Assembly: GCF_000315625.1 (NCBI RefSeq)
Contig: NW_005434671.1
Coordinates: 62,001-126,000 of the forward strand
Origin: Guillardia theta CCMP2712
Taxonomy: Eukaryota; Protista; Cryptophyta
DNA: 64,000 nt
Reading direction: 5' to 3'
The position numbers were made by a program, and so were the translations under genes. Below the pieces are notes generated by a model. That model searched no databases and was not told the origin of the DNA. It was given only the letters and a program-made list of their open reading frames with translations. This document shows, piece after piece, positions 12,225-25,189 of the stretch. How positions within the stretch are numbered: the first letter of the stretch is position 1; every line of letters starts with the position of its first letter.

Positions 12225-13460
12225 TCAGACTTTGACGCCTGGAAGTTTCTTGCCCTGCCCAGCAGGGTGGGTACCATACTCCCATGGCCAGGAGTAGAGG
12301 TTGACACCAGCCTTGGCAAAATGCTTGTCATCGCCTTTGATCTCGTCGGCCAAGGGATTCTTCTTCATATTCACACCCGACTGCGCAAGTCGCGATCCCG
12401 TGTCGAAGAAGTGCTGGTAGAACTGCAGTTGCAGAGGGTTCTCGTCGTCATGCTGCTCGGGCATCACCTTCTCCTTCCCTTGTGGCCAGGAGTCAAGAGC
12501 TACACCTAGAAATATAATCGTCACTGGCACACACACATATCTTCAATGCAGTGCAGGTCACCTTTCTGCGACAGCTTGTTGCCATTGCCGTCAACAGGGA
12601 AATAACCCGAGAGATGGAAGTTCTGATCAAGCTTGGATGTGGACCTTGTAGCGAGCTGCTGCTGAGTAGCTCTTGAAGCTAGCTGTACATTTGCTTGCGA
12701 GTTCTTTGCTCTCGCCTCAATGATTGAGTCAATGTCCCCGCAATGTTGAATGCACAGCTTGTCAAAATCCTGCCATGGGGTCGTTATTGGAAAGGCTATG
12801 GAAGAAACCAGTTTCACCTCAACGGTGAAGAACTTGTCTCTGAACCCGCATTCATCTGGGCAGATCTCGTTCGGCCCAGCATTCTTATATGTGAAGATAT
12901 CTTTGGGGTAGTCTACATTTCCATACATCAACATCTGCACAACCCATCTCAGTCAATTTAGCACAGGGAACATAGACATACTTGAGGTCTGCCCTTCTCA
13001 CTCCTACGAGTCACAAGGCTGCCAGCTTTGATGCGATTCTGATTAATCTTGTCGATCGGAGTGTTGTCAGTGATGACATCCCATTCTGAAATAAGCTACC
13101 ACAGAAAAAATATCAATATCTTTACATCGAACAGAGGGCACGATACCTTTGTCGGCTTCGAAGCTGTCTGTCGGGAGATGCTATATGCAACTGCAATGCA
13201 AAGAGTGAAGCTCCCGGCAGCGATGAGGAGCTGTTAAGTCATTGGTGAGCACTGGCCAAAAACTTTGAAAGCAGAAAACACTTGGATGCTAGCCAACATG
13301 AACCACCCAGTTGGTATGGAGGAACAACCAAGGAGACAAAGAACAGAACATATGACAACAATGAAAAACAACACACCTTCCTCAACGAGCTGGTTTGCTC
13401 CCCTCTCCTCCTGTGCGATGTGCTCAAGTTTGCCGTGCCATATCCCCCCATTCCGGCCAT
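12225..13460 (-). CDS. Spliced hypothetical type II membrane protein with a Cys-containing C-terminal region
   Basis: MAGMGGYG start, a hydrophobic segment, then chained ORFs 12521-12940 and 12225-12536. Confidence 0.55.
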
Positions 13461-14340
13461 TGTGCGGCTCTTCGCAATACCCAGACCCGCCTCAGATCTC
13501 CATAACTGAACCACTATTATTATAACCGGATCTCGGAGAAATGACCCACCCTCCGACTTTTTGTGGTAGACGAGGGGGTGGGGTACTAGAGACTCTTCTG
13601 GTGGTAGGAGCAACTTTTAGTAGAGATTGAGACCCGAGAACTCTTTTCGCAAAGATTAGCATAAAATTGATATTATATTGAATATTTGACTATTGTACTA
13701 TTTATATTTGAAATTTGGCAACAATATTTGGAGAACCTTTTTTCGAAGCACCCTCTTGGAAAATGTGTATGCTTGTCTGAATTTCGAATGCGCAATTCAG
13801 GGAATGGCGGGAGAAAGGAGCAACGGCAATGCTGGCAGGGCATGCAAGCAGAGATGCGAATGTAGAGAAGATACAAACTAGTGGCGAAGAAAGTTAGATC
13901 ATGGTTTTGGAAAGAAGATCGCGCTGACAATTACAATCCTGCGAAGGAAAGTCAGCAACTGCGAAATCCAGCAAGTAGCCTCCAAGTCGTACATTTCAAA
14001 TAGACCAGGGAGAAGGTCATACTATAGCAGAAGAGAAGAAGAGGCCACATTGTCATGAACATAGTACAAGTTTGGTGGGAAAACAACTATACTCCATTGT
14101 ACGAGTCTATTTTAGATGTACGAAGAAGACATCGGTTGATCTAACGAAACTCTCTAAGCCTTGCCACTTTCACAGAGATTGAAAAGTGTTGACTTTAGGG
14201 CTGACTTATTCCAAAGGAAACTAGTGATCTTGACTCAACATCGACTCAAAGCCTCGTCGTCTTGCATTGGACGAACTGTTTTGCTCAGCTCTCAACTCTA
14301 AAGGAGTCCGAGGTATCAGGCCTCCTCTCAAGCAGGCCTC

Positions 14341-17179
14341 TTGACTACCAGCGTCGTCATGCCAGCCCTGTCTGAGACAGACATGCCGTTTGCGAACAAG
14401 TCTGACATGTTTGGAACTGACTCCCAACGTCATTCGAACTCCTCCAACCTGTCCTCCAACTCTGAGTTCGTTGGGAGCTCTGCGGATGCAGGAGTTGGAT
14501 CAAGAAATGCAACCCCGTCCTGGCAGCATCCGAGCGTTGTTCATGATTTCAGGAATCAAGGGACTGATCTGAGAGCCTACCTTGCCTCCCTTGAAAAGGA
14601 GTCACGTTCGAGAGATGCCAGGATCGCTGACTTGAAGAATTTGGCTGAATTCCTTGATTCCCAAAATCCTTCAGTAGCGCAAGAGCAGGTAATCCCTCAC
14701 AATGCTTCATGCTAAGGCGTCTAATGGTGTTTGTCAGAATGAGCCTAAGCTTCCCTCAGAGTCCAGAAGGGCAGATAGCAGAGGGGAGTTGGGCATGAAC
14801 AAACAAGGGGCAGGATCATTGTCTGAAGCTGCATATTCTAATCTGCAAGGCACGGAGAACCTTCGATATGCTTTGAACTCCTCGAGTCAAGAGGGTCAAG
14901 CCTATCATACGTCTCCCGGGGTCGAGTCCTTACATGAAGATGCAGAGCACTCAGAGACTGGCTCTGAAGGAGACAACGGTTGTACTCGTCCCCCAAGACC
15001 CTCTTGACTTCTCACTACCTCCTTCAGATGAAGTTGGCAGCACGACCAACACTCCCATGAAGGCTTACTTGAATGACTTGAGTCCGCAAAGATATCAATC
15101 GTTCGGCGCAGGTGACGTCAGTTCACCAGACGTCTGTATCAGTGACTGCTATCAGATCACGATGCAAGTGATACATCTGAGTACTCTGATTCTTCAGAGG
15201 GTATCCACATGGAGGCTGGAGACGAAGTCGGTGGGGCGTACAGTGATGATAGAAACCATGACCTCAGCTCCCGCGAAGCTCTTCTGCGTCATCTGCGATT
15301 TCTCAACAGTCAGGTGAATGTCAGCACTTGAATGTTCTGCTGTTGAGCTCCAGCCCTCAGGTGGGAATCGAGTCTGAACCGGTGGAGGTCACGTCAGGAC
15401 GCGACTCAGTCCGGTCTGACCTGTCGAGCAACATGCAAGCACATGTGTACTCGAGTAGCATGAGGACGGCGATGGTGATGAGATGCTCTCCGGCCGACTG
15501 TCAAGTGACATCGTACAGACTGCTGACCACCCCGAGGGGAGGAGGCTTCAGGAGAATAAGCCAGAAGTGAGCTATTCAGACCCAGTCATGCCGACGTTTG
15601 AGCCCAAACATCAGTCCTGGTCATCCAGTCTGAATGATGGAAAGCTCCGTGAAAATCTCGGATCAAGAGAGAACCTCAGAAATAATGTAAGTGCATGACA
15701 AGAAATCCACGCTATACAGTATGTGATCTTTCTTCGACTATGACTCAATGAGACAGTGGGTTCGAGATGCTTTCTTGACTTTGTTTTCAGCATGCGGATC
15801 TTGGGCAGGCAAGCATGCATTATGTGGATGAGGAAGATCCGCACAGCAAAGAGTATCACCATGGACTGAACCACAATCGAAGATTCCCATTCCAGAGAGT
15901 GAGTCTGGATTTGACCACTACGCTGCTGATATGTCCTTCAGTCCATCAGCGAAAATATCTCAGCTGAAAGAGCAAACAGCACGAGGTCAAGGTACCACGA
16001 AGGTGGCTGGTTGACAGAGGAGTTATCGTTTCGCACAGCATTTATGAGTATAGGGCGCAAGAGCTGCAGAAGCGATTGAGCATCGTTGAGGTAGCCCAGG
16101 GTCCTACATGGAGACTCCTGACGGCTTGTTGAAGGCGGAAGCTCAGACGTACGCGGACAGTCTAGCAGAGATGCATCACGTTCTCAAGGTGAATCTGCTG
16201 TTCGATAGAGAGTGTTGCTCAAGCGAAAGGCAGAACACGGTCGACGAGGCGTTGGAATATCGGTTGGCTTGGCTTGCAGCCTTCATGCCTCTTGCCTCTC
16301 ACTCTTTTCTTCAGCAAACGAGAAAAATCTCTCAGGTCGCATATCGAGCGACTTCAGGTAGAGCATGGCGATGACGACGGTGGTTCTGACTTGGGTAGAT
16401 GGAGAACAGAAGACATGCGCACAGTCGTGCAGCCGTGGAGGAGGTTCGAAGTCAACGCCTCCCCCCCGCCTCCCCCCTTACTATCCCTGGCAGATTTACG
16501 TGCAGAAGTTGGAGGCATCTAGGAACGAGAGGGACATGCTCACCCTCCAGCTCGGAACAGCATACGAGGAGATCGCAATGCGGGATGCGGCGCTAGCCGA
16601 CTCAGCGGCATACATGCAGGTGCAGTCAAGTTATAAGGATGGAACGATATGGTTTAGGCTCGCTGCAGGCCCTGAAGCGGCGCAATGCTGAGCTGCAGAT
16701 TCAACTGAGAACTCTCCTCCTCGAGAGGAACCAGGTGGCAAGAGGAGGGTATGCTGTGCGCGTGTAATGGGATGCAGCAGGGGAAGGCGGAGAAGGCGCA
16801 GGCGTCTGAGAGCGAGGACAACATCTTCGGTCTTGCGCACATCCGCTCCAAGGTCGATGCGATGTCCTTGTGCGATGAGACGCCTTGACGTCACACAGAT
16901 CGAGGAGGCTGTCAAAGAAGCTGCGCAACTGAAGGAGAGGTGGGAAGTTTGGTCGTGCGTTCATTTCTGATGAGACGGCAGTGAACGGAAAGACAAGATC
17001 AAGCAGCTGAGGATCAGATGGCATCCGGACAAGAATCCTGTGCTTCAGGTGACACCTTCCTGACGTCCTTGCTGCCTGCGTTTTCCAATTAGAAGTCTGA
17101 AAGTTTTGTGGCTGAGCAGGAGTTTGCGACGGAAGTCACCAAGATCATCAACGAGACCGTTCAGAAGTACAAGCTCTGA
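14341..17179 (+). CDS. Multi-exon low-complexity/coiled-coil protein with a C-terminal J-domain-like HPD module
   Basis: Last exons read ERKDKIKQLRIRWHPDKNPVLQ-EFATEVTKIINETVQKYKL*. The start is uncertain. Confidence 0.65.
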
Positions 17180-17223
17180 AGTTGCTCAGTTAACAGGTGA
17201 AGCCTCCCTGCCTTCGCTCGTGC

Positions 17224-19569
17224 TCACCCTCGGAGCAGTCTTCTGCTCCCTCCCGCCTCGCTTGCTTCCTTTATTTCATCAGCTTCAACTCGCGGAGTCT
17301 TTCTAGTAGAGGGTCTGCCGGGGCCCCGTATATCTCCCACTGGTCGAGGATGTTTTGTGCTGTGTCCACGGCCTGCTTGTGACTCGCCTCCTCCGCCCGC
17401 TGCTTCAACCTCTTCATCGCCTGTGCCAGCCCTGCCGCCTACGTCAGCCGCATTCCCTCCTCTGCCCTTCCGTCCCATGCACATCTCACCTGCGTTGAGA
17501 TGCTGCTCCCGGATCTGAGGGATCGCACACCACAGCCCGATGGCATCAGCGGCGGCAGCAGCGATGGCTGGCGTGCGTTAAGTCGAACCCCAAGAGAGGA
17601 GGAGCTTACCGAGGTTAGGAGAGTCAAGCATGGCGCGTACAAACGATGAGAGGGAAGCGAGCTCTAGCACTCTCACGGCGCTGCACGGGTGCCGGCTTAG
17701 CGCTCGGATGAGCATCAGGGCTGCGGCAGAGTTGGCGATGTTGGTACCCTCCAGCCCCTCCTTGCACATGCAGTTCATTGCCCCAAGGAAACTCTCACTG
17801 CAGAGCTGCCGGGCCATGTCCTGCTAGAGCTTCTTACATGCCTACACCTCCAGTCCTCCCTCCTCTGACCTCACTGTGTGCCAAGTAGGACAGAGCCATG
17901 ACGGCCATTCGCCGTAGCTGAGCTGAAGTTTGCTCCTCCTGCACCATCCGCTGCAGCTGATCGACCACTCCTGAGCTTCTCCACACATCGAACTTCGCGT
18001 CGATCTGGCAGCAGGTCAGGCAGCCTTGTCAGGTCGTGACCTCTTCACCGAGGACTGGAGGATGGAGATGGGCGACGCAGGCAGCAAGTGGTTCCGGTCG
18101 TCCTCCCTCCGCTGCATGATGAAGCATGGCAGGTCCCCCCAGATGTGCGGAATAAGGCGGAAGTCGAGGAGGTGGAGGCCGGGAGAAGGAAGACGTCGGT
18201 GCAAGGAGACCAACACGGTCCCTTGCTTCAGCTCCATGGCAACCTCGCTGGTGCAGACGATCATGAGGGACCGCAAGGAGTGCAGGCAAGAGACCTCAGC
18301 TCCTTCACCTCCTCCTCGCTCTTGCCGAGGAGATCGATGAAGATATGGCTCGCTTCTTCCCAGGTGACGTCCAGGCTCGATGCTTCTTCAAGGCTCACCT
18401 CCCAGCTAAAATTGTCTGCCACCTCCTGCACCTGTGCAGCACATTCACAGACAGAAGCTTGCAACCCGAGGATGCGTACTTGGTTGCTCTCCATCGACTT
18501 CTGCAGGATTTCCAATCGCTTCCTGCTCTCCTCAACTTTCATGGTGTTTTCATCGATTCCTATCACCTGGCATGCGTCATTCATTTCCTTCAGTATTCTT
18601 GCAAGTCAACCAGATCGAAGGGGTGAAGAAGGCACGTCGCTAGGGTGAGCTCGCCGCTCCCTGACGTCAAGTCCATCAGCGTTCCTCCCTGTCTCGGCAG
18701 AGCTTCAAGCACGCGCAGCGCGCGGACAAGCTCGGCAGCAGTCTCGAAATTCACATCCCCGTACTTCATGTTCTCTATGATCTGCTCGTCTTCGGCATCC
18801 CCTGGCTGCTCGTCCGCCTCCCCCTCCATCACATCTTCTTTGAAAGCTTCCTCCCAGATCCCCTTTGCTCTCTCATGCAGCTCACGCGTTTCCTCGTCGA
18901 GGTCTTGCAGCTGCAGCGGCCGGATCCCTTCCATGCTGTCTGGTTGTAGCACAGAGATCAGTTCGCGGATGCCGAGATCTTGCTTGCTCGCTTCCCCGGA
19001 TGCCAGCTGCTCTTTGATCTCCCTTACACGCTCCTCCTCCTCCTCTTGTGCGAAGGTCAAGACTTGATCATGCATATGACGCGGAAGCTGCCAACTCACG
19101 GCGAGCCTGAGAGGTCGGATTTTATCTCTGCGAATGCTTGATGGTGAGCACACGATGGAGTAGGAGCAAGAACGGATCCTGTCTTCCCATAGTATCCACG
19201 AGCCCTTGCAGCACGTAGACATGCGAGACAGAAGGCTGGTAAGAGGATACCTGCCGAGCAATTCACTCCTGGAGTGGCATTCGTGCAATTCACTCCTGGA
19301 GCAGAATAGGCACGAATGCCTATTCTGCTCCCTCCTCTCCCCTGCTCTCTTCCTCCCCCACTCTCCCTCCTCCCTCTTCCCTCCTCCCTCCTCCCTCCTT
19401 CTTGCCCCCTCCTTCTTGCCCCCTCCTCCCTCCCCAAGCTTCCTCCTCCCCTCTTCCCCTCCTCCCCTGCGTCTTCCTGAACAACTATCGCACCTGCGCA
19501 TGTTCTGTGAAATGCAGCTTTAGATTTGTTTTTTATAAGCAAAGTTTCAAAAGATTTCAAACTTGTCAC
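17224..19569 (-). CDS. DOT1-like class I SAM-methyltransferase-fold protein with a C-terminal helical region
   Basis: KYGDV...GGTLMDLTSGSGELTLATCLLHPF-VIGID...LKQGTVLVSL...WGD; ends approximate. Confidence 0.55.
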
Positions 19570-20138
19570 GTAGTCCGGATCTACTCAGGATTTGATGCCG
19601 GATTCTTCTTCGAGTCAACCGTCCAGCCTCGGAGCCTCCGAGGCTCGGAGGAGGGACTGACTCAGAAGAAAGGACGAGGATCAGGAGAGGAGATGGAGGG
19701 GGAGGAGAAGGGGGAGCGGGAGGGAGAGGACGAGCACGAGGACGAGCACGAGAAGGAGGAGGAGGACTCCTGAGATAAAAGGCTCCTTGAGGAAGAGAAG
19801 GATCTTTCACCCCATCTCGAGATTGATAACATTATGAATCAGAAATTTTCTGATAAGGACTGAAAGGAACTTGAAGACATCAAGAGGTCAAAACAGAAGC
19901 GGACAAGAAGCCGAAAGTGGGGAGAGACTCAAAAAGGGGCACGAAGCACGAGGCAGCAAGCGCGAGTATCCACCAGATAGCTTGTAGGCAGCTTCAAAGC
20001 GCTAGTCGTGAACAATCAAACATTCCCTTCACTCTTTGTGTTGTTCAAAGAAAATGTGAGGTACTACTCGGCACAAGTGTAAAACTTCCTGAGCGAATTT
20101 CAATCGATGAATCCGTCATGAAGAAAGTAAGAGGAGAG

Positions 20139-20951
20139 TCATTGACAGTCGTCCATTCCTTTCAAACTTCCCAGCAGACCTTCTTCATATCCTGGTACGA
20201 TGGAGCGGAAAGTGAGGGAAATGCGATGAGGCGATGGAGTACACGGAAGCCTGTGCTGCCAATGAAGCTGCGTCCTTCCTGCCATCACCACAGCTGAGCC
20301 ATGGAGGACGGGGAGAGAAACCTGCCGCTTGCTTGCTACATGGCGGAACTCAAAGAGCCGATTACCATCAGGTGATAAGGTGATGGAGACGACGAGAGGA
20401 CAGCTGCCATGCGCTCTCACCTCGTCATGGTGCCACACGATCCGCCCTGCTCCCTGCTCGTAGTTGTTGAGGAGACAGGCTGTAAGGGGAGGAAGCCCGT
20501 GCGAGGTGAAGAAAGAGTTGACATGGTTCTTGATCGGCAGCAGACTACCAGTCCATGGTTGTGGGGTGAGCCGGAGTCCCACGTAGGCGAAGGTACAATG
20601 TGGATCGCCGAAGTATGCCGTCAGTCGCTCCTGTACTCCGACGCTGTCTTCTTCTCTCCTCCATTCAACATTGTCACGCAGATGTTCAAAGAGCTCAGTT
20701 GCTGCCCGGGGCTGCATGAACTTTGGCAGGTATGTTATGAAGCAGTTCTCGCCATTTTCGTTGGGATGCACCAAAACGTCACCGAAGGGTTTGAAATCTT
20801 TCCCGAAAACTTGTTCGACACTTTCACCCTCTTCCAGACTGCTCATCTTTCTTTTCATCAGCGTATTTTTGTCTTTCCACCATCTTGCTCCGCTGCTCGC
20901 CATCAGTGATCTTATCGCCTGCCCTCCCCGCGCCATCCTGGGCCATACCAT
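20139..20951 (-). CDS. AlkB-family 2OG-Fe(II) dioxygenase (ALKBH2/3-like)
   Basis: RLTAYFGD, CLLNNY, WHHDE (HxD), WQHRLP and RISLTFR. Confidence 0.9.
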   Translation of the reverse strand: MVWPRMARGGQAIRSLMASSGARWWKDKNTLMKRKMSSLEEGESVEQVFGKDFKPFGDVLVHPNENGENCFITYLPKFMQPRAATELFEHLRDNVEWRREEDSVGVQERLTAYFGDPHCTFAYVGLRLTPQPWTGSLLPIKNHVNSFFTSHGLPPLTACLLNNYEQGAGRIVWHHDEVRAHGSCPLVVSITLSPDGNRLFEFRHVASKRQVSLPVLHGSAVVMAGRTQLHWQHRLPCTPSPHRISLTFRSIVPGYEEGLLGSLKGMDDCQ

Positions 20952-21269
20952 TGCAATGGTATGTCCAACTTCCGCCCCTCAACCTCCCCGACGATTACCG
21001 AACCCCACCTCACCACTACCCCCTTCCTTCTCCGATAGCAATGACCCCCACCCCTCCGTATATGTGGGAACAACGACAACCCCATGGGAGAATGGTTACT
21101 GCGACCCTAGAGTACCCCTACCACATCCACAATGAGCTCATCCGGTCCCTCTCCGCATCGCTAATCTCCTTCCGCACCCTCTTACGTCCTCTCCTCCTCT
21201 TCTCCCCTGCTGTCAGCTCTCCGCCTCGTCTGTATTCTGTTCCCTCTTGTAAATTCTCCTGAAGCTGCT

Positions 21270-22302
21270 ATGAAGTCCCTTCATTTCCTTCTCCTCGCGT
21301 GTGTCGGGCTCAGTATGGCAGCGTCAGATGATGAAACGAAGCTGATTGGTAGGAGACCGAAGATCATTTTGTTTGGCGACAGCATAACCCAGCAGTCTAC
21401 TGGCGCTTGGGGCTGGGCGACCTTGCTGGCGGACTTGTACACAAGAAAAGCGGATGTGGTAGTGAGGGGGTTCAACGGATACACGACCAACATAGCGAGG
21501 TGAGAGGAGGTGCAAGCAGAAGAAGCATCAACTCATGGCGATGTCTTTATTATCCCAGGACAATCATAGAGCAAGCTGCAGATATCAAGGCAGACGGAAA
21601 TTCAACACTGCTGACGATTTTCTTCGGCGCAAACGATGCTTGTGAACCCGGTCATGACATGCATGTTGAGTTGGACGACTACGGTCAAAATTTGCGGAGC
21701 ATTGTCAACAAATGCGAGCAAAAGCTTCCAGGGATCACCATTGTGATCATCTCTCCTCCTCCCATCGACGACGATAAGATCGCGGAGTGAGATGTGTGTT
21801 GTGTTTGCAGTCGATCATATTTCAATCAGATTCTCCTGGTGTGCTGGGAGGTCAAACGCTCGAGTCAGCGCGTACGCAGAAGAGAGTGCTCGAGCTGCTC
21901 AGGATACAGGATCTCTCTTTCTCGACCTGTACAATCTGATGATGGAGAGTGAGAATTGGCGGACTTTCCTATCAGGTCCTGACGAAACATGCGCATTCCT
22001 ATGAGTTCTTCTTACATCCAAGACAGACGGGCTGCACCTCTCCCGTGAAGGTCAAAGATTTCTCTTCGATGGTCTTGTCTCTCTCGTCTCGAGCGATCCC
22101 TTTGCCAGGAACGATGTCTCTGATCCTCCGTCACCTGCTGACCTGATCCAACAGGCGTTGGAGCCCTTCAAACATGCCGGACCACTTCCCAAACTTCGAC
22201 TCTTTCTTCGGGATGGATACTTTGGTGCTTCGAAAGGTTTGCGAATGGCCTGACCACAAGGGAAGATATTGCACCCAGCAAAATCACCTCGACGAGTTAT
22301 GA
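21270..22302 (+). CDS. SGNH/GDSL esterase, IAH1-like, with signal peptide and probable C-terminal HLDEL
   Basis: ILFGDSITQ, DVVVRGFNGYTT, IFFGANDA and DGLHLS. The 3' end depends on a GA-AG intron (see findings). Confidence 0.88.
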
Positions 22303-22391
22303 GAGCTTGATTCAATGTGAAATTCCAAGTTCTAGCGAGTTGACGGTCAAACTTTATTCTCATCTAAAGTTTTCTGCAAGATGCGTGCTTC

Positions 22392-23996
22392 TCACTTGGG
22401 CCTGCACTCTGCAACCCTTGCCAGGATTGTTGGTTCGACGGGACTTCCTGAAAAAGCAAAGAATATGAATCTCCATCAGAAAAGTTTCTTCTGCGAACCT
22501 GTGAGATACAAAGGGCGCTGACCACTCTTGAGGTACTGTGCAATATTTGGTCGCTCCATCATACTGAGAAGTATGTTAGATCATCCTTTCCTGATTGCAG
22601 AGACACTTTTACGTGAACATAAATTTCGAGCAGTGGGGAAATCCATTGAAGCTTTCCTGCATGTCAGCCAATTGAGATATGAACCATTCACACTGAAATT
22701 TCATCTACCTTTCCTAGAATCATGGCAATCAGGTCCATTGCCTCAAATATCTGACGTGGAGATGAACAAGTCAAGGAACAATGCGAGTAGCCGCATCTGA
22801 GAATTTACAAAGTAATCTCCCATGCACGGAGCATCCTTGTTCACCAAGTATCCGCCATTAGATTTTGCAAGATTTTCAATCCTTGGAAGAAATCCATGAA
22901 TCCTTGCGTGACTGTTGACTGTGAGAAGGAGCAAGGTAATGAAAGGTATCCTTACAACTGCCCAACGGCACTTACTAGGTCTTCGGCTGCAATGGGTGTT
23001 AAAGAAAACCAGAACCAGTTCTTCGTCCACAAAATTACGTTTTGCATTTTGCATGGTGCCTATGATGTTGATGAGTTGCAAGGAGAGAACTGCACGCATT
23101 GAATGAGGCAAACTAAGCAGTACATTGCATTGAGCTCACGAATTATATCTTGGTGAGCAAAGCTGGTGAGGGAACTGCTCTTCAAATCAGAGTTCTTATC
23201 TTCAGCAATTGAGTGATTCTTCTAGGCTCTTACGCTGAACGTGCTGCAAGCTGTAAATCATTTGCATTTTGCTCCGCTGAGTGAATAAACGATCACAATG
23301 ACGAAGTACAGTACACATGCCATTCACCATGTCCTAGTTTGTTGTACAAGAAAGTTGAAATGGCCTCAGTCTGCAGGAGTAATAAGATGATAGACTGAAA
23401 ACTTTAATTGCCAACCTGTGAAAGCTGGAAGTTGTCCCACTCCAACACCGGAAGTGAGCCTGAAGAAATGCCATGATGTCACAAATGCCGACGGTACTTG
23501 ACTGACAGCACAGCATACCCCAAATGCCACTGATTGAGGCGTTGTTCTTCATGTTGAACCAGTTGCCGCTCATGATATTCTGATCCTTTGTAAGACATCA
23601 AGAGCAAATCTGACTCTGGCTTCACCTGCATGGAAATTCGGTCGTCTTTGAAGTTCGTGTTGGCATCCACCAACGCATAGCTGATGCGCAACAGCAAGAC
23701 AATGTTAGTCCTCGGATCAGCAAGACGATGACAAGGAATAAGAATTACCGAAGGGCCTGAGCTCTTCCCCTGCTCTCAAAGTAGCGGAGAACAACCTTGC
23801 CTGCCACGAAGATGTCAGTCGAAGAAGATCGAGGCTTCTGTAGAACCTTCAACAGCAGCAGCTGTCGACAAATTCCTTGCTGCATGACAGGATCAGAAGC
23901 GCGAAGTGACAGCATGGCGTATCGTCAGCCATGAAAGTCGCAGCGCATGTCGCTCCTATCACCCTCACCTGCTGCGCGCATGCAAGAGCGCAGCAT
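22392..23996 (-). CDS. Glutathione S-transferase with a probable mitochondrial presequence
   Basis: Spliced reading MLRSCMRAAARNLSTAAAVEG-KVVLRYFESRGRAQALRYALVDA...GSLPVLEWDNFQLSQTEAISTFL...RPNIAQYLKSGQRP. It does not appear as one ORF in the track. Confidence 0.85.
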
Positions 23997-24149
23997 TTTG
24001 TCGAGGAAAAATCCAACCCCGCCTCAGAGATGTTACGCCTCGTAAATCGTTTTGGAAACGCCCCCCCTCCCCCCCCGTCGGACGCTCAAAAGATGTAGAG
24101 ACAAGCCAGGAGACAAGCGCAGAGGACAAGAAAGGCAGTGATGATGATA

Positions 24150-24526
24150 CTTCATGCTCATACCTCATGCTCATACCTCATCCCCATACCTCATCCCCAT
24201 ACCTCATCCCCATACCTCATCCCCATACCTCATCCCCATACCTCATCCCCATACCTCATCCCCATACCTCATCCCCATACCTCATCCCCATACCTCATCC
24301 TCATGCCTCATCCCCATACCTCATCCCCATACCTCATCCCCATACCTCATCCCCATACCTCATCCCCATACCTCATCCCCATACCTCATCCCCATACCTC
24401 ATCCTCATGCCTCATCCCCATACCTCATCCCCATACCTCATCCCCATACCTCATCCCCAGACCTCATGGCAGACCTCATGGGCGCCATGAGGTATGGGGA
24501 TGAGGTAGTATGGGCATGAGGTCTGG
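24150..24526. repeat. 13-bp minisatellite (CCTCATCCCCATA)n, more than 20 copies, ending in a short inverted arm
   Basis: Tandem units to about 24480, then reverse-complement units ATGAGGTATGGGGATGAGG from 24488. Confidence 0.95.
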
Positions 24527-24891
24527 CGTTGCTTCAGCCTTCCTTGCCGTCTTCCCGATGTCGTCTTGGATTGCACTCGTGGAGGATCTAGGCGAGGGGG
24601 CTTCACTTAACGGACCATGCAGAGACGTGGGCGATCTTGACGGTAGAGCGGGGGGCGGGGAGGGGGGACATGCTTGCGCGAGCGAGGGAAGGGGAGGGAA
24701 GGTAGCGAGAAGGGAGGGGAGGGAGTCTGTAAGTAAGAGGGGGACGGAAAGCTTCATATCTGATGGGGAGCAGTTACGGAGGTCTGGATGTTAGGAGACA
24801 CAGTCGGAGGCCCGTCACTTCAGGCCCGGGCCTGGGAGTCAGCACCAGCCTGACCGAGGCTGCGCGAACTGACTTCGAGAGTCAGAAACGT

Positions 24892-25023
24892 TTGAAGCCT
24901 TGTGTCAAGTTGAGGCGAATTTGTTGGTACATCCTTTCCTCCTTCGCTTGTCTTTTCCATAAAAAGATATCAATCTCGCAAACTACTCGAGACTCGAACT
25001 GGTGATGCTGCACTGCGGCACTG
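24892..25023 (+). repeat. Direct repeat of about 132 bp, copy 1 (partner 26768-26899)
   Basis: TTGAAGCCTTGTGTCAAG...GCGGCACTG, about 3 mismatches to copy 2. Confidence 0.92.
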
Positions 25024-25189
25024 TCAAGCCTTCGGGCCAGCCAGCCTGACTGAGGCTGGGCAAGGCTTCAAGTTGACTTCCTGACATGGGCCGCAAGGCT
25101 CCACGAGTCAACTTGACTCTGCCTGACCTGGGCCGCAAGGCTTCAAGTTGACTGGCCGCTGTTTGACGGAGACCGCAAGTCTTCACGGT

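Noticed and set aside
23906-24519. Pro/His-rich ORFs (PYLIPIPHPHTSS)n
   Set aside because: These are translations of the 13-bp minisatellite in all three frames, with no coding evidence.
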